From a virus (taxonomy: Duplodnaviria > Caudoviricetes): a stretch of 64,000 nucleotides of DNA. The position numbers were made by a program, and so were the translations under genes. The stretch lies in the IMG/VR virus record IMGVR_UViG_3300028197_000002. One strand, given 5' to 3'. Positions 48,024 through 56,700 of the stretch are shown here, piece by piece; position 1 is the stretch's first letter; each line of letters begins with the position of its first letter. The notes beneath the pieces were generated by a model. It made no database searches, was not told the origin of the DNA, and saw nothing but the letters and a program-made list of their open reading frames with translations.

Positions 48024-49082
48024 ATGAAATTTACAGAATGGCTAGCAGCAGAAGAAATGATAACTGAAGTTGACTGGAAAGATGATTTTGAAGATGTAAA
48101 AAAACAATGCGTAAATCCAAAAGATGCAGTAGAGTACTTAAATGCAGTAAGAAAAAATGCTAGTCGTCCATATGGGGACAGAGAAAAATTCCCAGCAAAC
48201 AAACCTTTTGTTCATGCAAAATCTTCTTTCTTTAAGAAAGGAGAAGAAGAGGTAGATATAGATTATTTTATAGATCAAATAACAAAACCTCCAAAAACCG
48301 TTGTTAATACAAATGAAAAAATATTAAAAAGTGGTGGTCCAAATGAATTTGTTTACAAAACTGGAATTCCGGCATTTAGAGGAATAGCCTATGACAAAGA
48401 CAAAGGTGAATTTGTTTACATAAACACCTGTCCCGGAGCAGGAGGTTGTGTTCTTGTGTGTTATGCAAGAAGAGGAAGATACATCCAGTATCCAAATTCA
48501 TATGACAATATGACAAGGCGACTAAATCTTCTTTTGAACGATCCAGAAGAATATGAAAATAGATTATACAAAGAACTCAAATCAAAAGCAGAAGAACACA
48601 AGGCCCTTGAAGGATACAAACCAAAAATCATACTGCGATGGAATGACTCCGGCGATTTTTTTACAAAAAAATACGTAAAGATTGCAGAAGACGTAATTAA
48701 AAAGTTGAATAAAAACAAATACAATGTCGAAAGTTATGCCTACACAAAAACGCCTGATATAAAGCCTGACAAGTCGGTGCAAACAACCGTGTCACTTCAA
48801 CCAAATAAATCAATTTCAAAAGAAGATCAAAAAGTTTCTTTGATTGTTCCCAAAGAATTATTCAAAGGCCTTGACTTTTTAAAAGTAAAAGATGAAGAAA
48901 AATTAAAGGATAATATCTCTGATCATTTTAAATTACCAAAATCTAAAATTTTAACTTATGAAGAAATGAAAAACACTCCAGAAGGAAAAGGTTTAAAATG
49001 GAATGTCATTGTAACTCCAAATGATGGAGATGATGCAGCGTTCAGAAAAGACGTGAAAAGAATTTTACTGACTCAGCACTAA
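48024..49082 (+). CDS. GP88-family protein (Fe-S/radical-SAM-like) with CTS-like N-terminus
   Basis: MKFTEWLAAEE; TCPGAGGCVLVCYARRGRY; LRWNDSGDFF; YAYTK. Confidence 0.75.
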   Translation: MKFTEWLAAEEMITEVDWKDDFEDVKKQCVNPKDAVEYLNAVRKNASRPYGDREKFPANKPFVHAKSSFFKKGEEEVDIDYFIDQITKPPKTVVNTNEKILKSGGPNEFVYKTGIPAFRGIAYDKDKGEFVYINTCPGAGGCVLVCYARRGRYIQYPNSYDNMTRRLNLLLNDPEEYENRLYKELKSKAEEHKALEGYKPKIILRWNDSGDFFTKKYVKIAEDVIKKLNKNKYNVESYAYTKTPDIKPDKSVQTTVSLQPNKSISKEDQKVSLIVPKELFKGLDFLKVKDEEKLKDNISDHFKLPKSKILTYEEMKNTPEGKGLKWNVIVTPNDGDDAAFRKDVKRILLTQH

Positions 49083-49086
49083 CATG

Positions 49087-49114
49087 TTGATTTACACGTA
49101 TATTTAACTATAAT
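49087..49114 (+). promoter_or_regulatory. Sigma70-type promoter, leaderless geometry
   Basis: TTGATT-N16-TATAAT-N6-ATG(49121). Confidence 0.7.
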
Positions 49115-49120
49115 AAGGTT

Positions 49121-50542
49121 ATGAAAACCACACTAAAAATAGGTAATTGCTACAGTCAGTTGCTATCTGACAATCTGGGTTTGTTGAAAATTCTTCACGA
49201 GAATATGAGATTTCGTGAAAAGAACTATTTCCATAGTCGTCTTTATAAACAAAAACTATGGGATGGGTACACAGATTTTTTTAGTAAAAAAACAGGCAAG
49301 TTTTTAACTGGACTTCTTCCTGAAGTTTTGGCTGCTCTGGATCATATCGAAGAACCTTACGATACATTCGATCAAAGACAAGAGTTTGATTTTAATTTCA
49401 AAGAAATTGATGAAAATTTTTTAAGTCAATTCGCTACACCGGGATCGGAAGATGAAAACATGTCTCTTTACGACTATCAAGTTGATCTTACCAATTCACT
49501 TTTAAAATACAAAAGAGGAGTAATATGTGCTCCTACCGCTGCTGGTAAAACTAATATCATGATTTCAATTTTGAAAGCAATTCCAGAAAACTGCCCTACT
49601 TTGATACTTGCAAACAAAACTAGTTTGGTGCAACAAAATTACGAAGAGATGATGAAATGGGGATTTACAAATGTGGGAAGATTATATGGAAAATACAAAG
49701 ATCCAGATGTTTTTACTTGTTCTACTGTTCAATCTTTGCACAAAATAGAGCCTTTGCTAGGAAAAATAAAAGTTTTAATTGTTGATGAAATCCATGAAAA
49801 CATGAGCAAACAACCAAAAAAATTCATAAATAAAATGAAAAGTTGTTCTGTGCGTGCTGCTGTAAGCGCTACTCCATTTAAATTTGGAGGAAAAGATCAT
49901 TGTCAAAAATGGTTAGTAAAAGGATATTTCGGCCCAGTTTTAAAGTCTAAAAGTATAGGTGGAGTTTTAACAACAAAGCATCTTCAAGAACGAGGAACTC
50001 TTTCAAAAGCAAAATGCATTTTTCATCCAGTTAGAGAGCCAGAACTTAAACATGAAATTTATTTAGATGCCGTAACAAGAGGAATTGCAGAAAATTGGGA
50101 ATTTCACAAAACTGTTACCAAGATCGCTGGCAAGCTTAAAGGAAGAACCTTGATACTAGTTGACAGAATTGCTCATGGAGATGCATTAGCCTCAATGCTA
50201 CCTGATGCTTTGTGGGTTCAAGGTAAAGATAACTTAGAAACAAGAAAAAATGTTATTGAAAAATTAAAAACATCTAAAGATAAAATAATTGGAATAAGCA
50301 CTCAACAAATCTTTAATACTGGAATTAATGTCAAGATTCACAACTTGATTAATGCTGCTGGTGGTCAAGCTGATCATCAAATTATTCAAAGAGTAGGTAG
50401 AGGATTGAGAACTGCTGATGATAAGGATATCTTAAACTATTATGATTTTGTTTTTCATAATAATGAATATCTTAAGACTCATAGTCTAAAGAGAATAAAA
50501 ATATTAAAGAAAGAAGGACACGAAGTAATAATAAAAGACTAA
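49121..50542 (+). CDS. SF2 DNA helicase, UvsW-like
   Basis: APTAAGKT, IVDEIH, SATP, TGINV, QRVGRGLR. Confidence 0.92.
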   Translation: MKTTLKIGNCYSQLLSDNLGLLKILHENMRFREKNYFHSRLYKQKLWDGYTDFFSKKTGKFLTGLLPEVLAALDHIEEPYDTFDQRQEFDFNFKEIDENFLSQFATPGSEDENMSLYDYQVDLTNSLLKYKRGVICAPTAAGKTNIMISILKAIPENCPTLILANKTSLVQQNYEEMMKWGFTNVGRLYGKYKDPDVFTCSTVQSLHKIEPLLGKIKVLIVDEIHENMSKQPKKFINKMKSCSVRAAVSATPFKFGGKDHCQKWLVKGYFGPVLKSKSIGGVLTTKHLQERGTLSKAKCIFHPVREPELKHEIYLDAVTRGIAENWEFHKTVTKIAGKLKGRTLILVDRIAHGDALASMLPDALWVQGKDNLETRKNVIEKLKTSKDKIIGISTQQIFNTGINVKIHNLINAAGGQADHQIIQRVGRGLRTADDKDILNYYDFVFHNNEYLKTHSLKRIKILKKEGHEVIIKD

Positions 50543-50543
50543 T

Positions 50544-50918
50544 ATGAATTTTAAAAATTATCTAATTGATATTGACGGGACAATTACAGATGATGTTCCA
50601 AACGAAGAACCTGAAAAAATGGAAACATGTTTGCCCTACGAAGGTAGTGTTGAAACTTTAAACAAATGGTATGACGAAGGCCATACGATTACTTTTTTCA
50701 CATCAAGAACAGATGAACACAAAGAAGTTACAGAAAATTGGCTTAAAAAACATGGATATAAATATCATCATTTGCTTTTAAATAAACCAAGGGGTGGCAA
50801 TTACGCAATCATTGATAACCATATGTTTAAATCATGCCATTTTACAGGAAATTGGCCTAAAGTAAAAAAAGAAATGGACTCATATGTCCATGATTATAGT
50901 CCATCTTCAAAAATATAA
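50544..50918 (+). CDS. HAD-superfamily phosphatase (capless)
   Basis: IDIDGTI, FFTSR, KPRGG..IIDN. Confidence 0.85.
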   Translation: MNFKNYLIDIDGTITDDVPNEEPEKMETCLPYEGSVETLNKWYDEGHTITFFTSRTDEHKEVTENWLKKHGYKYHHLLLNKPRGGNYAIIDNHMFKSCHFTGNWPKVKKEMDSYVHDYSPSSKI

Positions 50919-51030
50919 TTTTTATCAACTCAGATTTAATAGCATATCAAAAGCTCAATTACATTATGGAATGAAAACCACAATGCAGTAAGACATAGGA
51001 TTAAATCAGATAACTTCCCAGATTGGAACT

Positions 51031-51882
51031 TTATTGACACCTAAGACTTCTATGATATTTTCTTATTGGATTGTTAAATTCCTTTATGGGATGCATTATG
51101 TAAGATTTTTTGCACGACTCGAAATCATCAGTTCCTAAATCACCATCGTTAGATTTACTTACTTCATTGTTAACAGTATATGTAAATGATCCCCCAAATT
51201 TAATTTTGTATTTTTCATATTCTCCTGTTGGTTGTTGAGGAATTGAAAAATTTGCAAATTCTCCTATGCCTCCTCCCAAATGCCAAGCTAAAGTTGGAAA
51301 AAGATGTTCTGAAACATCCCAGCCTTTATATTTAGGATAATAACCTTTATTGAAAGCATTTGTATAATTTAAAATTATTTCAAAAAAGTTCAGCTCTTTT
51401 AATTTTTTCAAAAAATCTTTCTTAAAAAACAAACAACATCCTAACATGTAATAGGTATCAGTTATTTCTTTTCGCAAAAACTTTCCTATGAAAGGAAATG
51501 TATTGTCTTCAAAATTTCTATCCACTTTCTCTTTTTTTAAGTTATTTCCAACCAACCAAGAGTTTCTTTTTTTTAAATCTTGAGCAATATTATTTGCTGC
51601 AAATAAGCAATCCGGCTCTGTATAACAGTACCAGTCTACATCTTCGCCCCATATTTCCCATGCTTTCATCAGTCCTAATATTACATTTTTATAAGGAGCT
51701 TTATTGGAATTATGACTAAAACCTTTTAGTTTATATGTGTAATTTATGCTTTTGAAATCATCTTTTGAGTAGCCGTCACTCACAAGAAGTATATCTTTAG
51801 ACAAAAAAGATCTAACTGAGTCTAACGTGTCGAGCAAAAGGTCACTTTCTTCGTGACAGTTTAAAACCGTAGCTATTTTCAT
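51031..51882 (-). CDS. Glycosyltransferase-like protein (GT-A)
   Basis: IATVLNCHE, LLVSDG, CYTEPDCLF, DVSEH, IMHPIK. Confidence 0.55.
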   Translation of the reverse strand: MKIATVLNCHEESDLLLDTLDSVRSFLSKDILLVSDGYSKDDFKSINYTYKLKGFSHNSNKAPYKNVILGLMKAWEIWGEDVDWYCYTEPDCLFAANNIAQDLKKRNSWLVGNNLKKEKVDRNFEDNTFPFIGKFLRKEITDTYYMLGCCLFFKKDFLKKLKELNFFEIILNYTNAFNKGYYPKYKGWDVSEHLFPTLAWHLGGGIGEFANFSIPQQPTGEYEKYKIKFGGSFTYTVNNEVSKSNDGDLGTDDFESCKKSYIMHPIKEFNNPIRKYHRSLRCQ

Positions 51883-52500
51883 TTAATAAATTGTCTTTGA
51901 AAACATTATTTCTTTATTATCTCTTATAAAAGTAATTCCACAATTTTTAATTGAAGTATTTTCTTCAAAATCAAAATTAGAATATCTTTCAAAAAGAATT
52001 TCAACAGTGTTAGTAGCTAAAGCGTGTAAACATCTACACACAGATCCATGAGAAACTATTAAATATTTTCCTTTTGGATCTAAATTAGAATAAAAGCTCT
52101 TAACTCTTGGTACGAACTCTGCAAGACTTTCGTCTTTAAAACAAATCTCTTTTTTATCTTCGATCCACGAAAAGTCATAAATATCTTTTCTGTTTCTTAT
52201 CGTCACACAAGGAGAAATTGAATTTTCTTTAGTGACAGAAAATTCTCTTAATTTATAATTAACTTCAAAGGGAACTTTTATAATATGAGATAAAACTCTA
52301 GAAGTTTGCAAACATCTTAATAAAGGAGAAGTGTATCCAATAAAATTTTCAAAAGGGGTTTTTTGAGAAAAAATATTTTTTAACCATCTTGCAGTAACTT
52401 CCATTTGAGTAAATCCATTATTACTCAAAGAGCTATCTAAATCTTCTGTGGTCCCGATGTTGTTAAAGCTTTCTGCGTGTCGAATTAAAACAAGTTGCAT
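51883..52500 (-). CDS. Histidine phosphatase (phosphoglycerate mutase family)
   Basis: LIRHAES, TSPLLRCLQT, LREF, VSHG. Confidence 0.9.
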   Translation of the reverse strand: MQLVLIRHAESFNNIGTTEDLDSSLSNNGFTQMEVTARWLKNIFSQKTPFENFIGYTSPLLRCLQTSRVLSHIIKVPFEVNYKLREFSVTKENSISPCVTIRNRKDIYDFSWIEDKKEICFKDESLAEFVPRVKSFYSNLDPKGKYLIVSHGSVCRCLHALATNTVEILFERYSNFDFEENTSIKNCGITFIRDNKEIMFSKTIY

Positions 52501-52808
52501 TAAACTTCTTTAGCTTTTGGAGCCAAAGTATCTCCTGTGATTTTTCGAATAAGATCAGCAATAAGTATACCTCTATCTATAGAATTTTCAATGGTTTCAT
52601 ATTTAGACCTGTCTCTTTCTTTAATATTTTTAATTACGCCTAAATCAAGCAAATCTTGCTTAAGTTTTCGACTAAATTCTTCTGTATTTCTTTGAAGAAG
52701 ATATTTTTTTTCTCTATCTCCAAGATTTTCATAATTAGAAGAAATTGTTCCTAGTATTGCATCTTCTATCACTTCACTTTTTTGTTCAAACCAAACAGAA
52801 AATTTCAT
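52500..52808 (-). CDS. Small protein with CTS-like N-terminus
   Basis: MKFSVWFE; AAGGA SD. Confidence 0.65.
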   Translation of the reverse strand: MKFSVWFEQKSEVIEDAILGTISSNYENLGDREKKYLLQRNTEEFSRKLKQDLLDLGVIKNIKERDRSKYETIENSIDRGILIADLIRKITGDTLAPKAKEV

Positions 52809-52854
52809 AAATATCCTTGTTTTTAATTAAATTCACATTTATATATACTGTATC

Positions 52855-53658
52855 ATGAGAACATTTAAAGAATGGATAGAAAAAAGACAAGATATTTTTG
52901 GCTTTGAAAAAGAGCAAGAAGAAGACTCGTCGTTTGCCGTAAAAAATCAAGATCCAATTATGCAAGTTGATATTGAGCATATTATGGATGAATTGGCAAA
53001 CACTAAAATCCATGGAAAAAGAGGCAAAATTCCTTATATTAATGAAATACACTGGGGTGACGAAATTGGCTCTTTAAAATTATTGCTAAGTCCCGCTGGT
53101 TCTGGCAAAGCAATAATATCTGGAAAGCAAACTGATCTTGAAAATAAAGATTGTTGGATTTGCAAATCAATAATTCCATATGTGAATCTAGAAGATGCTT
53201 CATTTAGAGATGATGAAAACCTCGCTGATATACTGTATAATAAAATAGATGAAATTGGACCTATAGAAATACCTAAAGCAGAATATTTAAATTTAGAAAA
53301 ACTAACAATTAAGCTTTCTAGAAAATGTTGCAAGCCTGACGTTATACCTAAAATTTTTATATACACAGGAATAAGAGAAGTAGTTAAAGATAAAAATTAT
53401 ATAATAAAATTTGAATGCAAAGGACAAGGAGCAGAGGCTCCGGGAGAAGGTGGAGGAAATAGACTTGAAATGTTTGCCATAGAAACATCTTATAATGATA
53501 AAACTGGTTTGATTAGATGCATGGGTTATGGAGTAACCTCTCCCATGAAAGGCCATAAATGGGAACCACAGCCATCTGATTGGGATGAATATTTTTCTCC
53601 AAAGCAAAAATCAGATGAAATTTGTGAAGCAATTGCCAACGCTTTAAGTATTTTTTGA
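52855..53658 (+). CDS. Hypothetical protein with CTS-like N-terminus
   Basis: MRTFKEWIE; TATACT-N5-ATG. Confidence 0.7.
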   Translation: MRTFKEWIEKRQDIFGFEKEQEEDSSFAVKNQDPIMQVDIEHIMDELANTKIHGKRGKIPYINEIHWGDEIGSLKLLLSPAGSGKAIISGKQTDLENKDCWICKSIIPYVNLEDASFRDDENLADILYNKIDEIGPIEIPKAEYLNLEKLTIKLSRKCCKPDVIPKIFIYTGIREVVKDKNYIIKFECKGQGAEAPGEGGGNRLEMFAIETSYNDKTGLIRCMGYGVTSPMKGHKWEPQPSDWDEYFSPKQKSDEICEAIANALSIF

Positions 53659-53796
53659 GGATTTAAAATGATGGGATCTGTTAGTTCTATAGTTCGCTGC
53701 AAAGATTTGGAAAACAAAAACTTTCAAGTTCAGGGTGCATTGTCTAATTTGGATTGTAAAAAAGAAAAGAAAAAAAATAAAACAAAAATAAAAACA

Positions 53797-54297
53797 ATGA
53801 AATTTAGTGAATGGTATGAAATAAGAGAAGCAAAAGAAAAAAAGAAAGTTCCTAAAAAATACCTAAAAGGCTTAAAAGAAAAAGGCGAATACGGATCAAA
53901 AGAAGCAATGAAAAAAGAGATAAAAAAATTCTCAGGCTCTGACGATTACAAAAAAAATTGGGATGCTGATTATAAAAATGGGAAAAGGATAAAAACAAAA
54001 AAATCAGCAGCTACAAAAGCTTATGAGAAAAAGTATGAGTCTAATCTTTTTGAATCTAATGATAATATAGATGTTGCTTTGAAAAACAAATCTGAAAAAA
54101 CTGGAATATCCAAATCAATACTTAGAAAAGTATACAACCGAGGAAAAGCCGCTTGGAATTCTGGACATCGACCGGGTGTTGCTCAAGATCAATGGGCTAT
54201 GGGAAGAGTCAATAGTTTTATAACAGGAAGTGGAGGCGCTCGAAAGGCAGACAAAGATCTTTGGGATAAAGCTAAAAAATCTAGGAAAAAGAAATAA
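53797..54297 (+). CDS. DUF5824-like basic protein with CTS-like N-terminus
   Basis: MKFSEWYEIRE at the internal Met of ORF 53668-54297; TGISKSILRKVYNRGKAAWNSGHRPG..QWAMGRVNSF. Confidence 0.7.
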   Translation: MKFSEWYEIREAKEKKKVPKKYLKGLKEKGEYGSKEAMKKEIKKFSGSDDYKKNWDADYKNGKRIKTKKSAATKAYEKKYESNLFESNDNIDVALKNKSEKTGISKSILRKVYNRGKAAWNSGHRPGVAQDQWAMGRVNSFITGSGGARKADKDLWDKAKKSRKKK

Positions 54298-54321
54298 TAT
54301 ATAAATTGAAGAATTAGCATC

Positions 54322-55248
54322 TTACCAACGAGATAATAAAACCTCTCCATTTTCTCTCTTTGATATTTCAGAACTCATATGGTCACTTTTTGCCAGTATT
54401 ATACCTTCAATAGTTTCTGGCTCTTGTGGAGAATTCCACTCTTTTCTATCTTGATGAGTTAAGATGCAATGACTTACTTTGTTGATAAAATCTCTATCTA
54501 GATTTTCATTATGAGCATATCTGTTAAATATGCTATTACTTCTTACAATATGACTTTGATATCTTTCTCCATCTCTATCATACTCAATTGAATTTTCATT
54601 ATTTATAGAGTAAAGCTCTATTTTTCCAATGTCATGAAGCCAAGCGCTTAGGTACAAAACATCTGTATCAATAGTATTTGAATAAAAATCAATGTTATGC
54701 TGGCAATTTGCAATAGCCATACAATGAGAAAATACTTCTGCCGTATGAACTAACAAGCCACCTTTAAAAGCATGGTGATTTTTCTTAGCCGCAGGACAGT
54801 TTACAAAAACTTTATTCTCTGATATTACTGATACGAGAAATTTTCCATAATCTTTATTGATCCAGTATGAATCGTCAATCAATAATTTTTTAGCTTTTTC
54901 AACTTGTTCTTTTCTATCCTTAAATATCAGCTTTGAAATTTCTTCAGGGACATCTTCTTTTTGAACTACTTCGCAGTTCGCATGAAAAGGTTTGTTTTTT
55001 ATGCTTGAATCTAAAGATATGCTGCTATAAGTCTTGTGTTCTTCTAATGCTTCTTCGTAATTAAAAAGAACTATTTTTACAAAATTATTGGATTTAGGTT
55101 TGAGATCATTTTCATTCACATTCCAATATTTCATATTCACTCGTCCTGCGCATGTATTCAAACTCAGAACATATTGTTGAAATCCGCGTCTTTCTTCTAT
55201 GCCAGAAGATTCAACGTAACCATAAAACTCTTGATCTAATTTTTTCAT
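54322..55248 (-). CDS. HD-domain nuclease, YhaM/Cbf1-like
   Basis: PAAKKNHH..GGLLVHT, WLHDIGK, SHI, ILTHQ, AKSDH. Confidence 0.85.
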   Translation of the reverse strand: MKKLDQEFYGYVESSGIEERRGFQQYVLSLNTCAGRVNMKYWNVNENDLKPKSNNFVKIVLFNYEEALEEHKTYSSISLDSSIKNKPFHANCEVVQKEDVPEEISKLIFKDRKEQVEKAKKLLIDDSYWINKDYGKFLVSVISENKVFVNCPAAKKNHHAFKGGLLVHTAEVFSHCMAIANCQHNIDFYSNTIDTDVLYLSAWLHDIGKIELYSINNENSIEYDRDGERYQSHIVRSNSIFNRYAHNENLDRDFINKVSHCILTHQDRKEWNSPQEPETIEGIILAKSDHMSSEISKRENGEVLLSRW

Positions 55249-55269
55249 TTTTTAATTCCTTGAAAAGGA

Positions 55270-55297
55270 TTATAACAATTTTCAAAAATTGTTCAAT
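55270..55297 (-). promoter_or_regulatory. Sigma70-type promoter with an inverted repeat in its spacer
   Basis: Minus strand TTGAAC-N16-TATAAT with TG extension; AACAATT-N6-AATTGTT at 55274-55293. Confidence 0.55.
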
Positions 55298-55384
55298 TTC
55301 AATTATATAAAAAATACAAATTTAAACATTGAGCTAACTAGATTAAGTTAAATATAATGTGTTTGTTTAATTAATATAAATTTA

Positions 55385-55762
55385 ATGAAATCAAAAGATG
55401 TATTAGAATACAGGCATAGATGCGCTGATATTTATAAAATAACTCAAGGATGTGTAGAATGCGGATACAATGAACATCCGTCTAATTTGTGTTTTGACCA
55501 TTTGCCACAACATGAAAAGGCTGAAGTATGTAAAAATGGTTACTCAAAAAGATCCACTGCTGGCGGGATGTATAAACTTTATCGTAAAAAATATAGCATT
55601 GATATTTTAATTGAAGAGATGAAAAAGTGTCAGGTTATTTGTCATCATTGCCATATGAAAAATCATCATAAAAAAAATACAAGAACAATTGACAATGTAG
55701 ATGAAAGAATAAATTCTATCGAAGAATTAGAAAGCTTATTAAGAGAATTTGAAGAACAATGA
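55385..55762 (+). CDS. HNH-like zinc-binding endonuclease
   Basis: CVECG..LCFDH...KCQVICHHCH. Confidence 0.8.
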   Translation: MKSKDVLEYRHRCADIYKITQGCVECGYNEHPSNLCFDHLPQHEKAEVCKNGYSKRSTAGGMYKLYRKKYSIDILIEEMKKCQVICHHCHMKNHHKKNTRTIDNVDERINSIEELESLLREFEEQ

Positions 55763-56700
55763 ATCTAAAAGAATTTTATGAAAATAATAAAACTGATCCA
55801 GAGTTTGATCATGAATTCTATTCAAGAGGCGTAATTAAATTCACAAAAAAATTAAGTGAAAATTTACATAAATTTGCCCAGCCCTACTGTAGGGATAACG
55901 ATGTGACCGAGCGAGAGAGACTTTATTATCATTATGAGCTTCACGGGAAAAAACTAGGTCTTTTCAAAAGCCTAGAAGAAATGAAGAAAACTTTTTCAAT
56001 GCAAGAAGACAAGGAAGATATAGATCCAGCGAGTAAAATTTCTGTTGTGTGTGCGTGTATGAATAGGGAAAAAATGCTCAAAGTATCGCTACAGTCATGG
56101 TTGAATTTTGATGAAGTGGATGAAGTTGTAATTATAGATTATTCTTCTATGAATAATTTAAAGTATCTTGAAAAAATAAACAATAAAATAAAAGTTATAA
56201 GAATAGAGGGTCAAAAATACTACAATGTTGCAAAAGCAAATAACTTAGCAGTCTTAAATGCAAAAAATGAAAGGGTAATGAAAATGGATGTGGATTATGT
56301 TTTAAATCCATATTTTAATATATTTAAAATATTAAATAAAGCAATAAGAAGAAATAATTTCATTATCGGAAACTGCAAGCTTGAGCAAGCGGACAATAAT
56401 CTTGGATTTTTAAGATATCTTCATGGATTTTTATACATCTATAAAGAAACTTTTGAAAAATTTGGAAAATACAATGAGAATTTTGAAGGTTATGGGTGGG
56501 AAGACTCAGATGTTCATGTCAAGTTAGAAAAAAATGGTTTAAAAAAAGAATTTATACCTTTTGATCAAATGTATATCTATCATAATCCGCATAGTGATAA
56601 TGTGAGATCAGAAAATTACGAAAATAAAAACATAGAAGAAACTTTTCTCTCAAATCAAAATTACAAAAATGAAGATAAGAAGTACAAATGGATTTGCTAA
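55759..56700 (+). CDS. Glycosyltransferase (GT2/GT7C-like), paralog of 19225-20004, with an N-terminal extra domain
   Basis: ISVVCACMNR, IIDYSS, KMDVDY, GYGWEDSD. Confidence 0.85.
   Translation: MNLKEFYENNKTDPEFDHEFYSRGVIKFTKKLSENLHKFAQPYCRDNDVTERERLYYHYELHGKKLGLFKSLEEMKKTFSMQEDKEDIDPASKISVVCACMNREKMLKVSLQSWLNFDEVDEVVIIDYSSMNNLKYLEKINNKIKVIRIEGQKYYNVAKANNLAVLNAKNERVMKMDVDYVLNPYFNIFKILNKAIRRNNFIIGNCKLEQADNNLGFLRYLHGFLYIYKETFEKFGKYNENFEGYGWEDSDVHVKLEKNGLKKEFIPFDQMYIYHNPHSDNVRSENYENKNIEETFLSNQNYKNEDKKYKWIC

Noticed and set aside
50935-51039. Possible 34-aa hydrophobic minus-strand ORF with GTG start (VSIKFQSGKLSDLILCLTALWFSFHNVIELLICY)
   Set aside because: It is short, has no clear SD and no recognisable homology, so it cannot be supported.
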